Of a stretch of DNA of 64,000 nucleotides, positions 48,523 through 57,970 are shown in pieces (the stretch's first letter is position 1; every line of letters begins with the position of its first letter). The DNA is taken from NCBI GenBank assembly GCA_963664295.1, contig OY760935.1, forward strand, positions 800,001 to 864,000, read 5' to 3'. Origin of the DNA: Candidatus Altimarinota bacterium (lineage in GTDB: Bacteria > Patescibacteriota > Gracilibacteria > CAIRYL01 > GCA-016699755). Below the pieces are notes generated by a model. It did no database searches, was not told the origin of the DNA, and worked only from the letters and a program-made list of their open reading frames with translations. The position numbers and the translations under genes were made by a program.

Positions 48523-51066
48523 ATGAAAAACTTTGCTCACTTATATCAGGTATTTATTTGGTGGTTCACTCACGGAGTGAGAAACTTTTGGCAATTTTTA
48601 TATAAACAAATTAAGCTTACTTACTATGGTTTTTCTATTAGAATTCTTTGGAAAAACCTCTTAGAGCCTCTTTATGGTGCTGGTGAAAAATTTTACGAAA
48701 GACTGATTTCAATTTTTGTAAGATTTTTTCACTTTTTAATTTTGTTTTTAATCGCCAATATTTTTGTTGTAGCAATTTATATATTAGCAATAGGATTTTT
48801 AATTTCTCCATTTTTACCAATTTATTTTATTTACACACAAAATTATGCAACAGCAGTAATTATTTATATCTTTACTTTAACTATTTATTTCCTATTAAAA
48901 GAAAAAACCAAGCCAAATCTAAAAAAACAATTATCCAAAAAAGAGCCAAAGGACTTATTAACTTTCGCAAGTCGAGAAATTAATACTATTTTTAGGCAAA
49001 AAAAATCTTTACAAGAAAAAGTTCAAAACATTTTAAAAAGCCCAAAAGGGGAAAGAATTTTAATAAAACTAGAGCTAAACAACATAAACATAAACCTATT
49101 GGAATTTAATCATCATCAAGACACACTCTTAAAAAATGCCCTTAAAAATGCCTATAATCACAACAAAACTCATATAAATATGAGTGATATTATTGAGGCA
49201 CTATGGCAACTAAGAAAAAAAGAAGATCCTTTTTGGAAAAACATTAAATTAAAAAAACATGAAATAGGGGAATTTTTTGTTTTAAATGCACAAAGAACTA
49301 ATCTTTATAAATTTCAACAAGAATGGGCTAGTTATGCATTTTTTCAAAATAAATACGGCATAGACAAAGGTCTAACATCAGCACTCACCAGAAATGTAAA
49401 CGAATACACAAGAGATACAACTCGCAATAGATCATCATCAAGCATCACGCCATTAGTAGGCAGAGCAAAAGAATGGCAACAAATAATCGATACTTTAAAA
49501 TACAAAGGCGGGGCAAGTCTTTTAATAGGACCATCAGGAGTGGGAAAATCAAGAATAATAGAACACTTGGCCGAAGAGGTGGCAGTAGATCATGTACCAA
49601 ACTATCTCCATGACATGCGTGTCGTGGAGCTTGATTCAGGCAGAATTCTTTCATCAAATAATCCAAGCTCCAGCCTAATAGGCGTACTTGATGAAGTTTC
49701 CAGCTCAAAACATATAATTCTGACAATAGACAATCTTATTTCTCTTAGTGGCGACGATTTTGCTTCAATTTCATTATTAAACATTCTTTCAAAATACATA
49801 GAAAACAAACAAATCCGCCTAATCGCCACAAGTACAAGTGGTGATTATAGTAGATTTTTAAACAACCACCCTAGTCATATCCGATGGTTTACAAAAATAT
49901 TTTTAGAAGAGCCTAATGATGCAAATTTGAAAAAAATTCTCTATCACCATGCACTAAATTTAGAAAAAAAACATAATACAATTTGCACACATAGGGTTTT
50001 CACAACTCTCTTAGAAGCTTCAAAAAAACACGCTAGTAATGTTTCTCATCCAGCAAAATCGCTTCAATTACTCGAAGAAACTTTTTCAAACAACACACAT
50101 AAAAACTATATAACAAGTGAAGACATTAAAAAAACTTTAGAAAAAAATACTGGTATAAAAATCACAGATATTCAGGAAGATGAAAAAGAAAAATTAAGCA
50201 ATCTGGAAGGAGAAATCCACAAAACAATAGTTGCACAAGATGATGCAGTGAATAAAGTATCTGACGCGCTAAGAAGAGCAAGATTAGATTTGCATGACTA
50301 CGAAAGTCCAATTGCTAAATTTCTTTTTGTTGGACCAACTGGCGTAGGTAAAACCGAACTTGCAAAAACAGTAGCTCGTATTCATTTTGGATCAGAAAAA
50401 AATATGCTCCGCCTTGATATGTCCGAATATCAAGACACAAAAGCAATAGAGAGATTGATAGGTGACGGACAAAATCCTGGTGCACTTACAGAGCCAGTAA
50501 AAAATAAAGCTCATATCTTAATTCTTTTAGATGAGATTGAAAAAGCCCATCCTAATATTCTTCATCTGTTTCTTCAACTTCTTGATGACGGTCGCCTCAC
50601 AGACGGCAAAGGCGTGACAATAGACTTCCGCAACACAATAATTATAGCCACCTCAAACGCAGGCGCAGAATATCTTTGGGATTCGCTCAAAAAAAACTTG
50701 GAATTCAAAGAAGTAAGCACAAAACTACACGAAGAAATCCTGCCAAAACATTTCAAACCTGAATTTCTAAACCGTTTTTCATACACAACAATCTTTCATC
50801 CACTCAACGAAGAACAAATTTTTGCAATTGCCAAAAAATTGCTCATAAAAAATAAAAATTTATTTAAAGAAAAAGGCTTAAATATCGAATTTACAAAAGA
50901 TGCTCCAAAAATCATTGCTCAAGATGCTTTTTCAATCGAAAGAGGTGCCAGACCATTAAAAAATCTCATAGTCGAGAGACTGGAATCGCAAATAGCCAAA
51001 TCTTTATTGCAAAACAAAGATGCAAAAAATTTCATCTTTGATGGTAAAAACCTAAAAACAAAATAA
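48523..51066 (+). CDS. Membrane-anchored ClpA/ClpB-family two-domain AAA+ ATPase
   Basis: N-terminal TM segments, Walker A motifs GPSGVGKS and GPTGVGKT, and RLDMSEY, LLDEIEKAH, FKPEFLNR, GARPL. Confidence 0.88.
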   Translation: MKNFAHLYQVFIWWFTHGVRNFWQFLYKQIKLTYYGFSIRILWKNLLEPLYGAGEKFYERLISIFVRFFHFLILFLIANIFVVAIYILAIGFLISPFLPIYFIYTQNYATAVIIYIFTLTIYFLLKEKTKPNLKKQLSKKEPKDLLTFASREINTIFRQKKSLQEKVQNILKSPKGERILIKLELNNININLLEFNHHQDTLLKNALKNAYNHNKTHINMSDIIEALWQLRKKEDPFWKNIKLKKHEIGEFFVLNAQRTNLYKFQQEWASYAFFQNKYGIDKGLTSALTRNVNEYTRDTTRNRSSSSITPLVGRAKEWQQIIDTLKYKGGASLLIGPSGVGKSRIIEHLAEEVAVDHVPNYLHDMRVVELDSGRILSSNNPSSSLIGVLDEVSSSKHIILTIDNLISLSGDDFASISLLNILSKYIENKQIRLIATSTSGDYSRFLNNHPSHIRWFTKIFLEEPNDANLKKILYHHALNLEKKHNTICTHRVFTTLLEASKKHASNVSHPAKSLQLLEETFSNNTHKNYITSEDIKKTLEKNTGIKITDIQEDEKEKLSNLEGEIHKTIVAQDDAVNKVSDALRRARLDLHDYESPIAKFLFVGPTGVGKTELAKTVARIHFGSEKNMLRLDMSEYQDTKAIERLIGDGQNPGALTEPVKNKAHILILLDEIEKAHPNILHLFLQLLDDGRLTDGKGVTIDFRNTIIIATSNAGAEYLWDSLKKNLEFKEVSTKLHEEILPKHFKPEFLNRFSYTTIFHPLNEEQIFAIAKKLLIKNKNLFKEKGLNIEFTKDAPKIIAQDAFSIERGARPLKNLIVERLESQIAKSLLQNKDAKNFIFDGKNLKTK

Positions 51067-51085
51067 AAATTTAAACAAAAATAAA

Positions 51086-51394
51086 ATGTCACATCATCAC
51101 CAAGTAAAACTAATTCTTTTAAACAAGTATCAAGTTCCTCACAAGTGCATAATTACCCATTTTACTCATGCACATGGGCATGGAGGACAAAATGTAAATA
51201 AAAATGCAACAAAGGTACAACTTCGAGTTGAGCTTTTTAATTTACCTTTTTCTGAAGAAATAACTGAAAAACTGCTAAAAAAATTTCCCAAAGGACACAT
51301 TGAGACACAATCGCAAAGAACAAAACATCAACACCAAAACCTGGAAATTGCTCTAGAAAAAATGCAAAATATACTAGAAGAAGCTTTGGTGTAA
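51086..51394 (+). CDS. ArfB/YaeJ-like GGQ peptidyl-tRNA hydrolase domain lacking basic C-tail
   Basis: GHGGQNVNK..TKVQLR and SQRTKHQHQN..A motifs. Confidence 0.8.
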   Translation: MSHHHQVKLILLNKYQVPHKCIITHFTHAHGHGGQNVNKNATKVQLRVELFNLPFSEEITEKLLKKFPKGHIETQSQRTKHQHQNLEIALEKMQNILEEALV

Positions 51395-51398
51395 AAAA

Positions 51399-52103
51399 AT
51401 GACAGCAGAAAAAATCAAAAAAGAGCTAAAAAAGCTCACGAACCCAAAAAAAGCAATAACGCTCGCTCGTTTTTTTAAAACAGGCAAAGGAGAATATAGT
51501 GAGGGCGATCTTTTTTTAGGCATCACAGTTCCAGAACAAAGAAAAATAGCTATCAAAAATAAAAACATAAAATTAAACGAACTGAAAAAGCTAATTAAAA
51601 GCAAATTCCATGAAGAACGTCTAACTGCCTTGCTTATTTTGGTTGTAAAATTTCAAAAAAAAGACCCAAAAGAACAAGAAAAAATCTATAATTTTTATTT
51701 AAAATATACAAAACTTATTAACAATTGGGATTTAGTTGATCTTTCTGCGCCAAAAATAGTAGGTGCATATTTATTAAACAAAAAAATCAAAAGAGAAACT
51801 CTTTATAAGCTGATAAAATCAAAAAATATTTGGGAAAGAAGAATTGCCATACTCAGCACATATACTTTTATAAAAAACAACGACTTTCAAGATTGCTTAA
51901 ATTTTTGCGAATTATTATTGCAAGACAAAGAAGATTTAATACACAAAGCAAGTGGCTGGATGTTGCGCGAAATTGGAAAAATAGACCAAGAAATAGAAGA
52001 AAATTTTCTTAAAAAATATTACCAAAAAATGCCCAGAACTATGCTTCGTTATGCAATTGAAAAATTCTCCGAACAAAAAAGAAAATTCTATTTAAAAAAA
52101 TAA
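51399..52103 (+). CDS. DNA alkylation repair enzyme (AlkD family)
   Basis: FFKTGKGEY.EGD.FLG, NNWDLVD, W.RRIA, DLIHKASGWMLREIGK and MPRTMLRYAIE. Confidence 0.92.
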   Translation: MTAEKIKKELKKLTNPKKAITLARFFKTGKGEYSEGDLFLGITVPEQRKIAIKNKNIKLNELKKLIKSKFHEERLTALLILVVKFQKKDPKEQEKIYNFYLKYTKLINNWDLVDLSAPKIVGAYLLNKKIKRETLYKLIKSKNIWERRIAILSTYTFIKNNDFQDCLNFCELLLQDKEDLIHKASGWMLREIGKIDQEIEENFLKKYYQKMPRTMLRYAIEKFSEQKRKFYLKK

Positions 52104-52165
52104 TCAAAAAAACACTAAAGCCTTAAAGAAGACTTTTTAAAAAAACATAAAATTTAGTGAATTAT

Positions 52166-52369
52166 TTACTTTCCAGCCTTAACAAGAACAGAAATTAAAT
52201 AATAAACCGAGGCAATACCAACAAGGTCGTAAACAACTTTACTCGCAGTTGTCATATCGCCAGCAAGATTAGCAACGAGGTCAAAGTCAAAAAAACCAAT
52301 AAGACCCCAGTTGAGCGCACCCACAACAACAAGGATGAACGCAGTCCAGTCTAAAAAGTTATACTTCAT
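52166..52369 (-). CDS. DUF378 small membrane protein
   Basis: LVVVGALNWGLIG.F.FDLVA and VY.LVG. Confidence 0.9.
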   Translation of the reverse strand: MKYNFLDWTAFILVVVGALNWGLIGFFDFDLVANLAGDMTTASKVVYDLVGIASVYYLISVLVKAGK

Positions 52370-52423
52370 AACAAAAGACTAAAGTTGTCTATAAAATAGA
52401 TTATTTTTTCTTAAAATGCAAAT

Positions 52424-53563
52424 TTAAGAACAAAGTATTTTTTTATTAAATAGTAAACCCGCACATTTTAATTGTTTATACAAAAGATAGAAAAACGCAA
52501 AAACCTCCACAAAAATAAAGAATAAAATTACAAAATATAAAAACAAACTTTGTGTAAACAAATTAAAAACAAAACTACCCAAAACCGCATAAGCAACAAT
52601 AGGGCAAATTAATCCCCACTGAGAAACAAAAAATTCCTTAAAAAAGTCTTTTTTAAAAAAATCTTTTAAAAGACTAAGCCCAAAAAGCATATACCAAGTT
52701 TCAAAAGCAAAGGCAAAAGTCATTAAAATCATAAAAAAATTACCCAAATGTGCTCCATGATGATTTTCTAAAAAATGTCCAATTCTAAATCCACTAATTG
52801 CAAAAAGTGTGACATTAGGAACAACAATCAACATACTTGGCAAAAATTGTTTCTCTGGCAAGCCTGTTTGCATGAAATGACTTTTAAAAATAGAAATTAA
52901 CTTAACTAAAAGCAAAAATAAGCCCATAGATCCGGATATAAGCGATAAAAAGAAGGCAAGATTAGCAATTTCTGGATTTTTCGCCATAGCTGCAATTCCT
53001 GTGCCTGTCACAGTAGCCATACCAAGAGCAAAAGGATGCAAAAGCCAACCAAAATGAATTTTGCTGATATCAAAACTATTAACAAAAGAAATTTTTAACA
53101 ATTTAATTTCCATAAACATAAGCCACAACCAAAACAAAGCCCAAAAAATAAACCCACTGAGCATAAAATCTTGCAAATTATCAGCCAAATAAGGAACAAA
53201 ATAGCGCACAGCACCAATAAATACATTGATAGTCATAAAAATTGAGATAAATGGCGCTAATATGCCTACATTTTGCAAGGGATCTTGCATAAAATCTTTA
53301 TATTCTTTTGTTTTTAACCATTTCCAAAGTTGAACCAAGAAAATAATTGTTAAAACAATATGAATTAAAGCAAAAACAACCATCATTGTTTCAATTGCGC
53401 CAAACAAAAGTATATGAAAAAGATCAAGATTATTGTGAACATCAGCAAATTTAATCAAGCCTTTGCCATGAGGAATTGTGTAATTAAAAAAGGCAAAACC
53501 ACTAATAGCAATGCCTCCTGCACCTAAAGATGCCAAAAAAAGTAATGGTGAAAATTTTTTCAT
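52424..53563 (-). CDS. Multi-pass membrane protein, TsoY-like (probable anion/sulfur-compound transporter fold)
   Basis: FSPLLFLASLGAGG N-terminus and S.WGLICP motif, about 10 TM helices. The family name is from recall only. ATG at 53563. Confidence 0.65.
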   Translation of the reverse strand: MKKFSPLLFLASLGAGGIAISGFAFFNYTIPHGKGLIKFADVHNNLDLFHILLFGAIETMMVVFALIHIVLTIIFLVQLWKWLKTKEYKDFMQDPLQNVGILAPFISIFMTINVFIGAVRYFVPYLADNLQDFMLSGFIFWALFWLWLMFMEIKLLKISFVNSFDISKIHFGWLLHPFALGMATVTGTGIAAMAKNPEIANLAFFLSLISGSMGLFLLLVKLISIFKSHFMQTGLPEKQFLPSMLIVVPNVTLFAISGFRIGHFLENHHGAHLGNFFMILMTFAFAFETWYMLFGLSLLKDFFKKDFFKEFFVSQWGLICPIVAYAVLGSFVFNLFTQSLFLYFVILFFIFVEVFAFFYLLYKQLKCAGLLFNKKILCS

Positions 53564-53573
53564 AATTAAAAAA

Positions 53574-53813
53574 TTAAATTTTAGTAAGCTCAGATAGGAT
53601 TTTTTTAAATTCATCTCTATCTTTTTGACAAGAAAATTGAAGACAATTCTCAAGATTATTAGCAATAAATTTACTTGTTAAGGAATTAACACTAGACTTA
53701 ACGGCTTTTAATTGAATTAAAACAGAAAAACAGTCTCTTTTTTCTGCCAACATTTTTTTAATTCCCCCTAATTGTCCAATAATATTGTTAATTAATTGCT
53801 CTTCGTTTTTCAT
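53574..53813 (-). CDS. CsoR/RcnR-family repressor (Cys...Cys, no His; CstR-like)
   Basis: IIGQLGGIKKM....DC..VLIQLKAVKSS and NNLENC. Confidence 0.85.
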   Translation of the reverse strand: MKNEEQLINNIIGQLGGIKKMLAEKRDCFSVLIQLKAVKSSVNSLTSKFIANNLENCLQFSCQKDRDEFKKILSELTKI

Positions 53814-53845
53814 AATTAAAACTAAATTCATAAAAATAGTAACAT

Positions 53846-53862
53846 ACACCCCTAGGGGGTGT
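53846..53862. promoter_or_regulatory. CsoR-type operator palindrome ACACCCC-tag-GGGGTGT within a minus-strand TTGACA...TACTAT promoter
   Basis: C-tract/G-tract inverted repeat about 30 bp upstream of the csoR-like gene, overlapping the -35 (53860-53865). Confidence 0.8.
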
Positions 53863-53920
53863 CAAATATTTTTATAAATACACCAAAAAAACTACTAAAA
53901 TGAAATTATATAATTATTTT

Positions 53921-54706
53921 TTATACACTTTCGTAGCCTATTTTAGTAATTTTTCTTAATTTTGATTTTGTAGCATTCCAAGCAGTAAAATCACGCAGGT
54001 CAGGACGAATTATTTCAACTCTTTTGTCGTTTGGAATAAAATTAAGCTGATTATAAAAAATAATTCTTGTGGCTCTTTCAATAACTTGTCGAAGATTTTT
54101 TATTTTTTGAAATCTCTTACTTTCAGAAAAATCAACGTCTTTTGGGAAACTACCAGCAACATCAACAGCATAAATTTTCTCTCCCTTATAACGCTTAATT
54201 GCAATATCAACAGGCAAATTCAAGCTCAATCCGCCATCAACTAACCATTTTTTTTCTGTTGGGTGAAAAAATGGCTCAAAAACAAAAGGCACTGAAATAG
54301 AAGAGCGCACAGCATCAGCAATTTTACCGGAATTAATAATAACTCTCTCCCCTGTTGTAAAGTCAGTTGTGCCAACATAAAAAGGACAATCTAGGTCTTT
54401 AAACTCCTTTCCTTCATATAATTCATCTATAAGATTATAGAATTTTTTTCCTCTTATAATTCCAAAATTATTTGCGGAAATATCAAAAGCCAAAGAAAAT
54501 AAATTAGTCTCCTGAAGAATTTTTTCTGCTTCTTTTGGGGTTTTACCGCAAGCAAAAAGACCTGCCACAATCGAGCCAGCAGAAACTCCTGTAAAAAAAT
54601 CAAATTGATAATTTTTTTCTACCAATTTTTGTGCCACTCCAATGTGGGACGCTCCTAATGCCGCTCCTCCTGATAGCACCAATGCTGTTTTCTTATTCTT
54701 TTTCAC
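53921..54706 (-). CDS. Patatin-like phospholipase
   Basis: LSGGAALG..HIG, GVSAG and DGG. Confidence 0.92.
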   Translation of the reverse strand: MKKNKKTALVLSGGAALGASHIGVAQKLVEKNYQFDFFTGVSAGSIVAGLFACGKTPKEAEKILQETNLFSLAFDISANNFGIIRGKKFYNLIDELYEGKEFKDLDCPFYVGTTDFTTGERVIINSGKIADAVRSSISVPFVFEPFFHPTEKKWLVDGGLSLNLPVDIAIKRYKGEKIYAVDVAGSFPKDVDFSESKRFQKIKNLRQVIERATRIIFYNQLNFIPNDKRVEIIRPDLRDFTAWNATKSKLRKITKIGYESV

Positions 54707-54734
54707 ATATTATTTAAAATCTTTTTTATTTTAT

Positions 54735-54763
54735 AAAAAAGAGCTCCCAAAGGGAACTCTTTT
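54735..54763 (-). terminator. Intrinsic terminator after FN3 surface-protein gene
   Basis: On the minus strand: AAAAGAGTTCCC-ttt-GGGAGCTCTTTTTT. Confidence 0.8.
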
Positions 54764-54786
54764 AAAAACTATGACAATTTACTAAT

Positions 54787-56088
54787 TTATTTTTTTCTTA
54801 ATCTTGAAACACCAGCTAATGCAAGACCTGCGCCAAGTGCAACTAAAGCAATTGGACCTGTTTGCGGTAAGGCAGGAAGACGAACAGAACGAATAACACC
54901 GTCACTTTCGTTACCAGCTTGGTCACGAGTAGTTAACTTAAATGTATGTTCTGTTTCTGGTTTTGCTGAAAGTTCATAATCAGTATCAGTCTGAGCAAGA
55001 AGTTTACCAGCATCCCATGTTGTACCTTTATCTAAAGAATGATAAAGAATTTGATCAACAATTTCACTTGCTGTATCAGCACTTAATGTCCAAGAAAGCT
55101 TTACCAAGAAATCACTTGCCCTTGCTTTAAAGCTAACCATAAAATTAGTGACATCTGCAGGTGCTTCTGTATCAACAGGAGCAATAGCAGTTTCGTCTTC
55201 ATTGCCTGTTAATCCTGTGTCACCAACTTCTGGCGAAATAATGTTATCCAAAATACCGCCTTCTGCTTCATCGCCTTCGTTATCATCAGCCTCAGGTTCA
55301 ACTTCACCTTCACCAGCAACTGGATGATCTTCTTCAAAAGTTTCCTTGTCAGTACCTGTAAATACTGCTGAGTCAGTAGCACCACTTTCAATTGGATTGC
55401 CGTCTTCATCAGTAATCAAAGCACTAACAGTCACTTTATAGTCTTTATCGGCAACTTGTTCATCTGTTTGAAGAATTACACGATAATGAACTTCTTCTTC
55501 ATTTTCTTCTCCTTTGTTTTGAACATCATATTCAGCAGACCAAACAAGTAAAAACTTACTATCATCATCTGCTTCTGTGATTGTAAAAGAAAGTTCTGGA
55601 TTTTCTTCTGGAAGAACAATGTTTTTTGAGAACTCAACTGCAACTGATTCTTTTGTGCGAGCTGATGAAGCTGTGACAGTTGGCGCTTCAACATCTGCAC
55701 CTTCTATAGAAGGAACTAATCTAAGTTCTTCACTAATTTCACCCTCTGTGTCGTTTTGACCAACTGCTTGGACAGCAACATAAACAGGACTACCATTTGT
55801 AAGATTAGAAATTGTTGCGCTTGCTTCAGTGACTTCAATTACATCTTCATATTCATCTGCAAGACCTTCTGCAACTGATGTTTTGCTTGAATAAACCTTA
55901 AAGCTTGACGCATCGTTGCCATTTTTATCAGGAGAGGCACTCCATTCCAATGAAACTTCCTCATCGCCAGGAGTTCCAGTAAAACCACTAATAACTAATG
56001 TGGTTTCAGCGTCATCCTCAAAAAGTGCCTGTGTTGGCGCTATGAATGCCAAAAGCGAGAGCATGACTGCAAAAGCTGTTTTTTTCAT
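54787..56088 (-). CDS. Acidic fibronectin-III/Ig-like surface protein with LPQTG sorting tail
   Basis: Signal peptide, FN3-like pattern (V.LEW...FKVY...ISNLTNG..Y.AVQA), and LPQTG + hydrophobic + RLRKK. Confidence 0.82.
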   Translation of the reverse strand: MKKTAFAVMLSLLAFIAPTQALFEDDAETTLVISGFTGTPGDEEVSLEWSASPDKNGNDASSFKVYSSKTSVAEGLADEYEDVIEVTEASATISNLTNGSPVYVAVQAVGQNDTEGEISEELRLVPSIEGADVEAPTVTASSARTKESVAVEFSKNIVLPEENPELSFTITEADDDSKFLLVWSAEYDVQNKGEENEEEVHYRVILQTDEQVADKDYKVTVSALITDEDGNPIESGATDSAVFTGTDKETFEEDHPVAGEGEVEPEADDNEGDEAEGGILDNIISPEVGDTGLTGNEDETAIAPVDTEAPADVTNFMVSFKARASDFLVKLSWTLSADTASEIVDQILYHSLDKGTTWDAGKLLAQTDTDYELSAKPETEHTFKLTTRDQAGNESDGVIRSVRLPALPQTGPIALVALGAGLALAGVSRLRKK

Positions 56089-56173
56089 TTTTATTTTTGA
56101 TTAAATTTTAGTAAATTAAAAAAGTTATCACATTATTGTCGCATATTTTTTCCAAAAAGTCAATAATACAAGC

Positions 56174-57022
56174 ATGCAAATACACTTTTATTCATTTTTA
56201 AAAATAATTCCAAAAAACCAGATAAGCACCTATGGTGATTTTGCTAAATTTTTTGGTCTCCCAAACCATGCTCGCTATATAGGAAAACTGCTTAATCAGA
56301 ACAAAAACCCTGATAAATATCCTTGTTTTAAGATAGTTGAAGCAAGTGGATTTTTAGGTGGATTTGCATTGGGCTTGGAGGAAAAAATCAAAAGATTAGA
56401 AAAAATAAATATAAGTATAAAAAATAAAAAAATTAAAAATTTTTCTAAAAATCTTTGGAAACCAGAATTTTATAATTATTTTTTAGGCATACCTTTAGAC
56501 AAAAAATCACAAAAAAAATTTAAAAAACTACAAAATAAAATTAAAAAAATCATTCCTGAGAAAATAATTAGCCTACAAAATCCAGAAACAGCACACATAA
56601 CAATTAATTTTTTAGGAAAAATCAGTCTAAACAACCTAAAAATCCTTGTTAATAAGTTTAAAAAACTAAAATTCAGTAAATTTTCTGTAAAAATGGAAAA
56701 AATTGATTTTTTTGGAACACCATCAAGCAGAATAATTTGTTTTATTGACTGCAAAAAAGGCATAAAAGAACTAAGTAAGTTAAATAAATTATTAAAATCA
56801 GATGAAAAACAAAAATTCCACCCCCACATCACAATTTTTCGCATAAAAGATGCTAAAAAATTTCAAAAATACGAAAATAAAATCAAAAAAACACTAGAAA
56901 AAACCAGTTTAAATTTTGAAATAAATAAATTAAGATTATATACCGCAGTTGGTAATATTCACCAAATTCCCCTTATCGATTTTGACAATGATGAAAAAGT
57001 TTCAGTGGCAAGAGCAAATTAA
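56174..57022 (+). CDS. Fusion of MGMT/ATL-like DNA-binding domain and ThpR/LigT-like 2H phosphoesterase
   Basis: IP..QISTYG..A....HARYIG..L..N.....PCFKIV...G.LGGF..G...K, then two HxT motifs (AHITINFLG and FHPHITIFR). Confidence 0.8.
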   Translation: MQIHFYSFLKIIPKNQISTYGDFAKFFGLPNHARYIGKLLNQNKNPDKYPCFKIVEASGFLGGFALGLEEKIKRLEKINISIKNKKIKNFSKNLWKPEFYNYFLGIPLDKKSQKKFKKLQNKIKKIIPEKIISLQNPETAHITINFLGKISLNNLKILVNKFKKLKFSKFSVKMEKIDFFGTPSSRIICFIDCKKGIKELSKLNKLLKSDEKQKFHPHITIFRIKDAKKFQKYENKIKKTLEKTSLNFEINKLRLYTAVGNIHQIPLIDFDNDEKVSVARAN

Positions 57023-57941
57023 GCCAATTTATTGCCTTGCACCCATGGACGGCTGGACAGATAGTGCTTTTCGACAAGTGATCAAGAAAATCAGTCCCGA
57101 AGTGCATGTTTTTACTGAATTTGTTTGTGTTGATGGTATAACTCACAAAAAAAGAAGCAAAAAACTACTCGAAAAAGCCATAAAACATGAAAAAATCGAA
57201 AAACCATTAATTGTGCAATTATTTGGCAGAGATCCTGAAAAATTTGCACTAGCCTCAGAAATGATGGAGGAATTGGGCGCTGGTGCTATTGATATTAATT
57301 TTGGCTGTCCTGCAAAAAAAGTAATTTCATCAGGGCATGGCGCACATTTGCTTAAAGAACCAGATTTGGCTGAAAAAATTGTAAAAGCTACAAAAAAAGC
57401 TACAAAACTAGATGTTTCTGTAAAAACCCGCTTGGGCTGGGACAATCCTGAGCAAATTTTTGATTTTGGAAAAATGCTTATTGAGGCAGGAGCAGACGCA
57501 TTAACTTTTCATGGACGCACAGCAAAACAGGCTTTTGCTGGCAAAGCAGATTACAAAAACATTTTTTTATTTAAAGAAAAAAACCCAAAACAAATCATAA
57601 TTGGCAATGGTGACATCACAAACAAAGAAAAAGCAAAAAAAATTCTTCAAAAATTAGATGGAATTATGATTGGCAGAGAAGCAACTCGCAATTTTTGGAT
57701 TTTTCGCGAAATTATTGATGATAATTTTCAATTACCATCTTTTGACGAACGCGCAAAAATGCTTATTTGGCAAGCAGAACAAACAGAAAAAAGTAAAGGA
57801 AAATACGGCGTAATCGCTATGCGTAAATTTTTTGCTACTTTTGTGCGTGGCTTTGAAGGAGCAAGTGAAATTCGTCAAAACTTAATGCAAGTAGAAAAAG
57901 CAAGTGAAGCAAAAAAAATCTTAAGTAAAATTGCTATCTAA
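56988..57941 (+). CDS. tRNA-dihydrouridine synthase (DusB-like)
   Basis: LAPMDG.TD..FR, IDINFGCP, VKTRLG, HGRT, GNGDI and GIMIGR. Confidence 0.93.
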   Translation: MMKKFQWQEQIKPIYCLAPMDGWTDSAFRQVIKKISPEVHVFTEFVCVDGITHKKRSKKLLEKAIKHEKIEKPLIVQLFGRDPEKFALASEMMEELGAGAIDINFGCPAKKVISSGHGAHLLKEPDLAEKIVKATKKATKLDVSVKTRLGWDNPEQIFDFGKMLIEAGADALTFHGRTAKQAFAGKADYKNIFLFKEKNPKQIIIGNGDITNKEKAKKILQKLDGIMIGREATRNFWIFREIIDDNFQLPSFDERAKMLIWQAEQTEKSKGKYGVIAMRKFFATFVRGFEGASEIRQNLMQVEKASEAKKILSKIAI

Positions 57942-57970
57942 AGTTTTTTTTGAGAAAATCAAGTTTGCAT

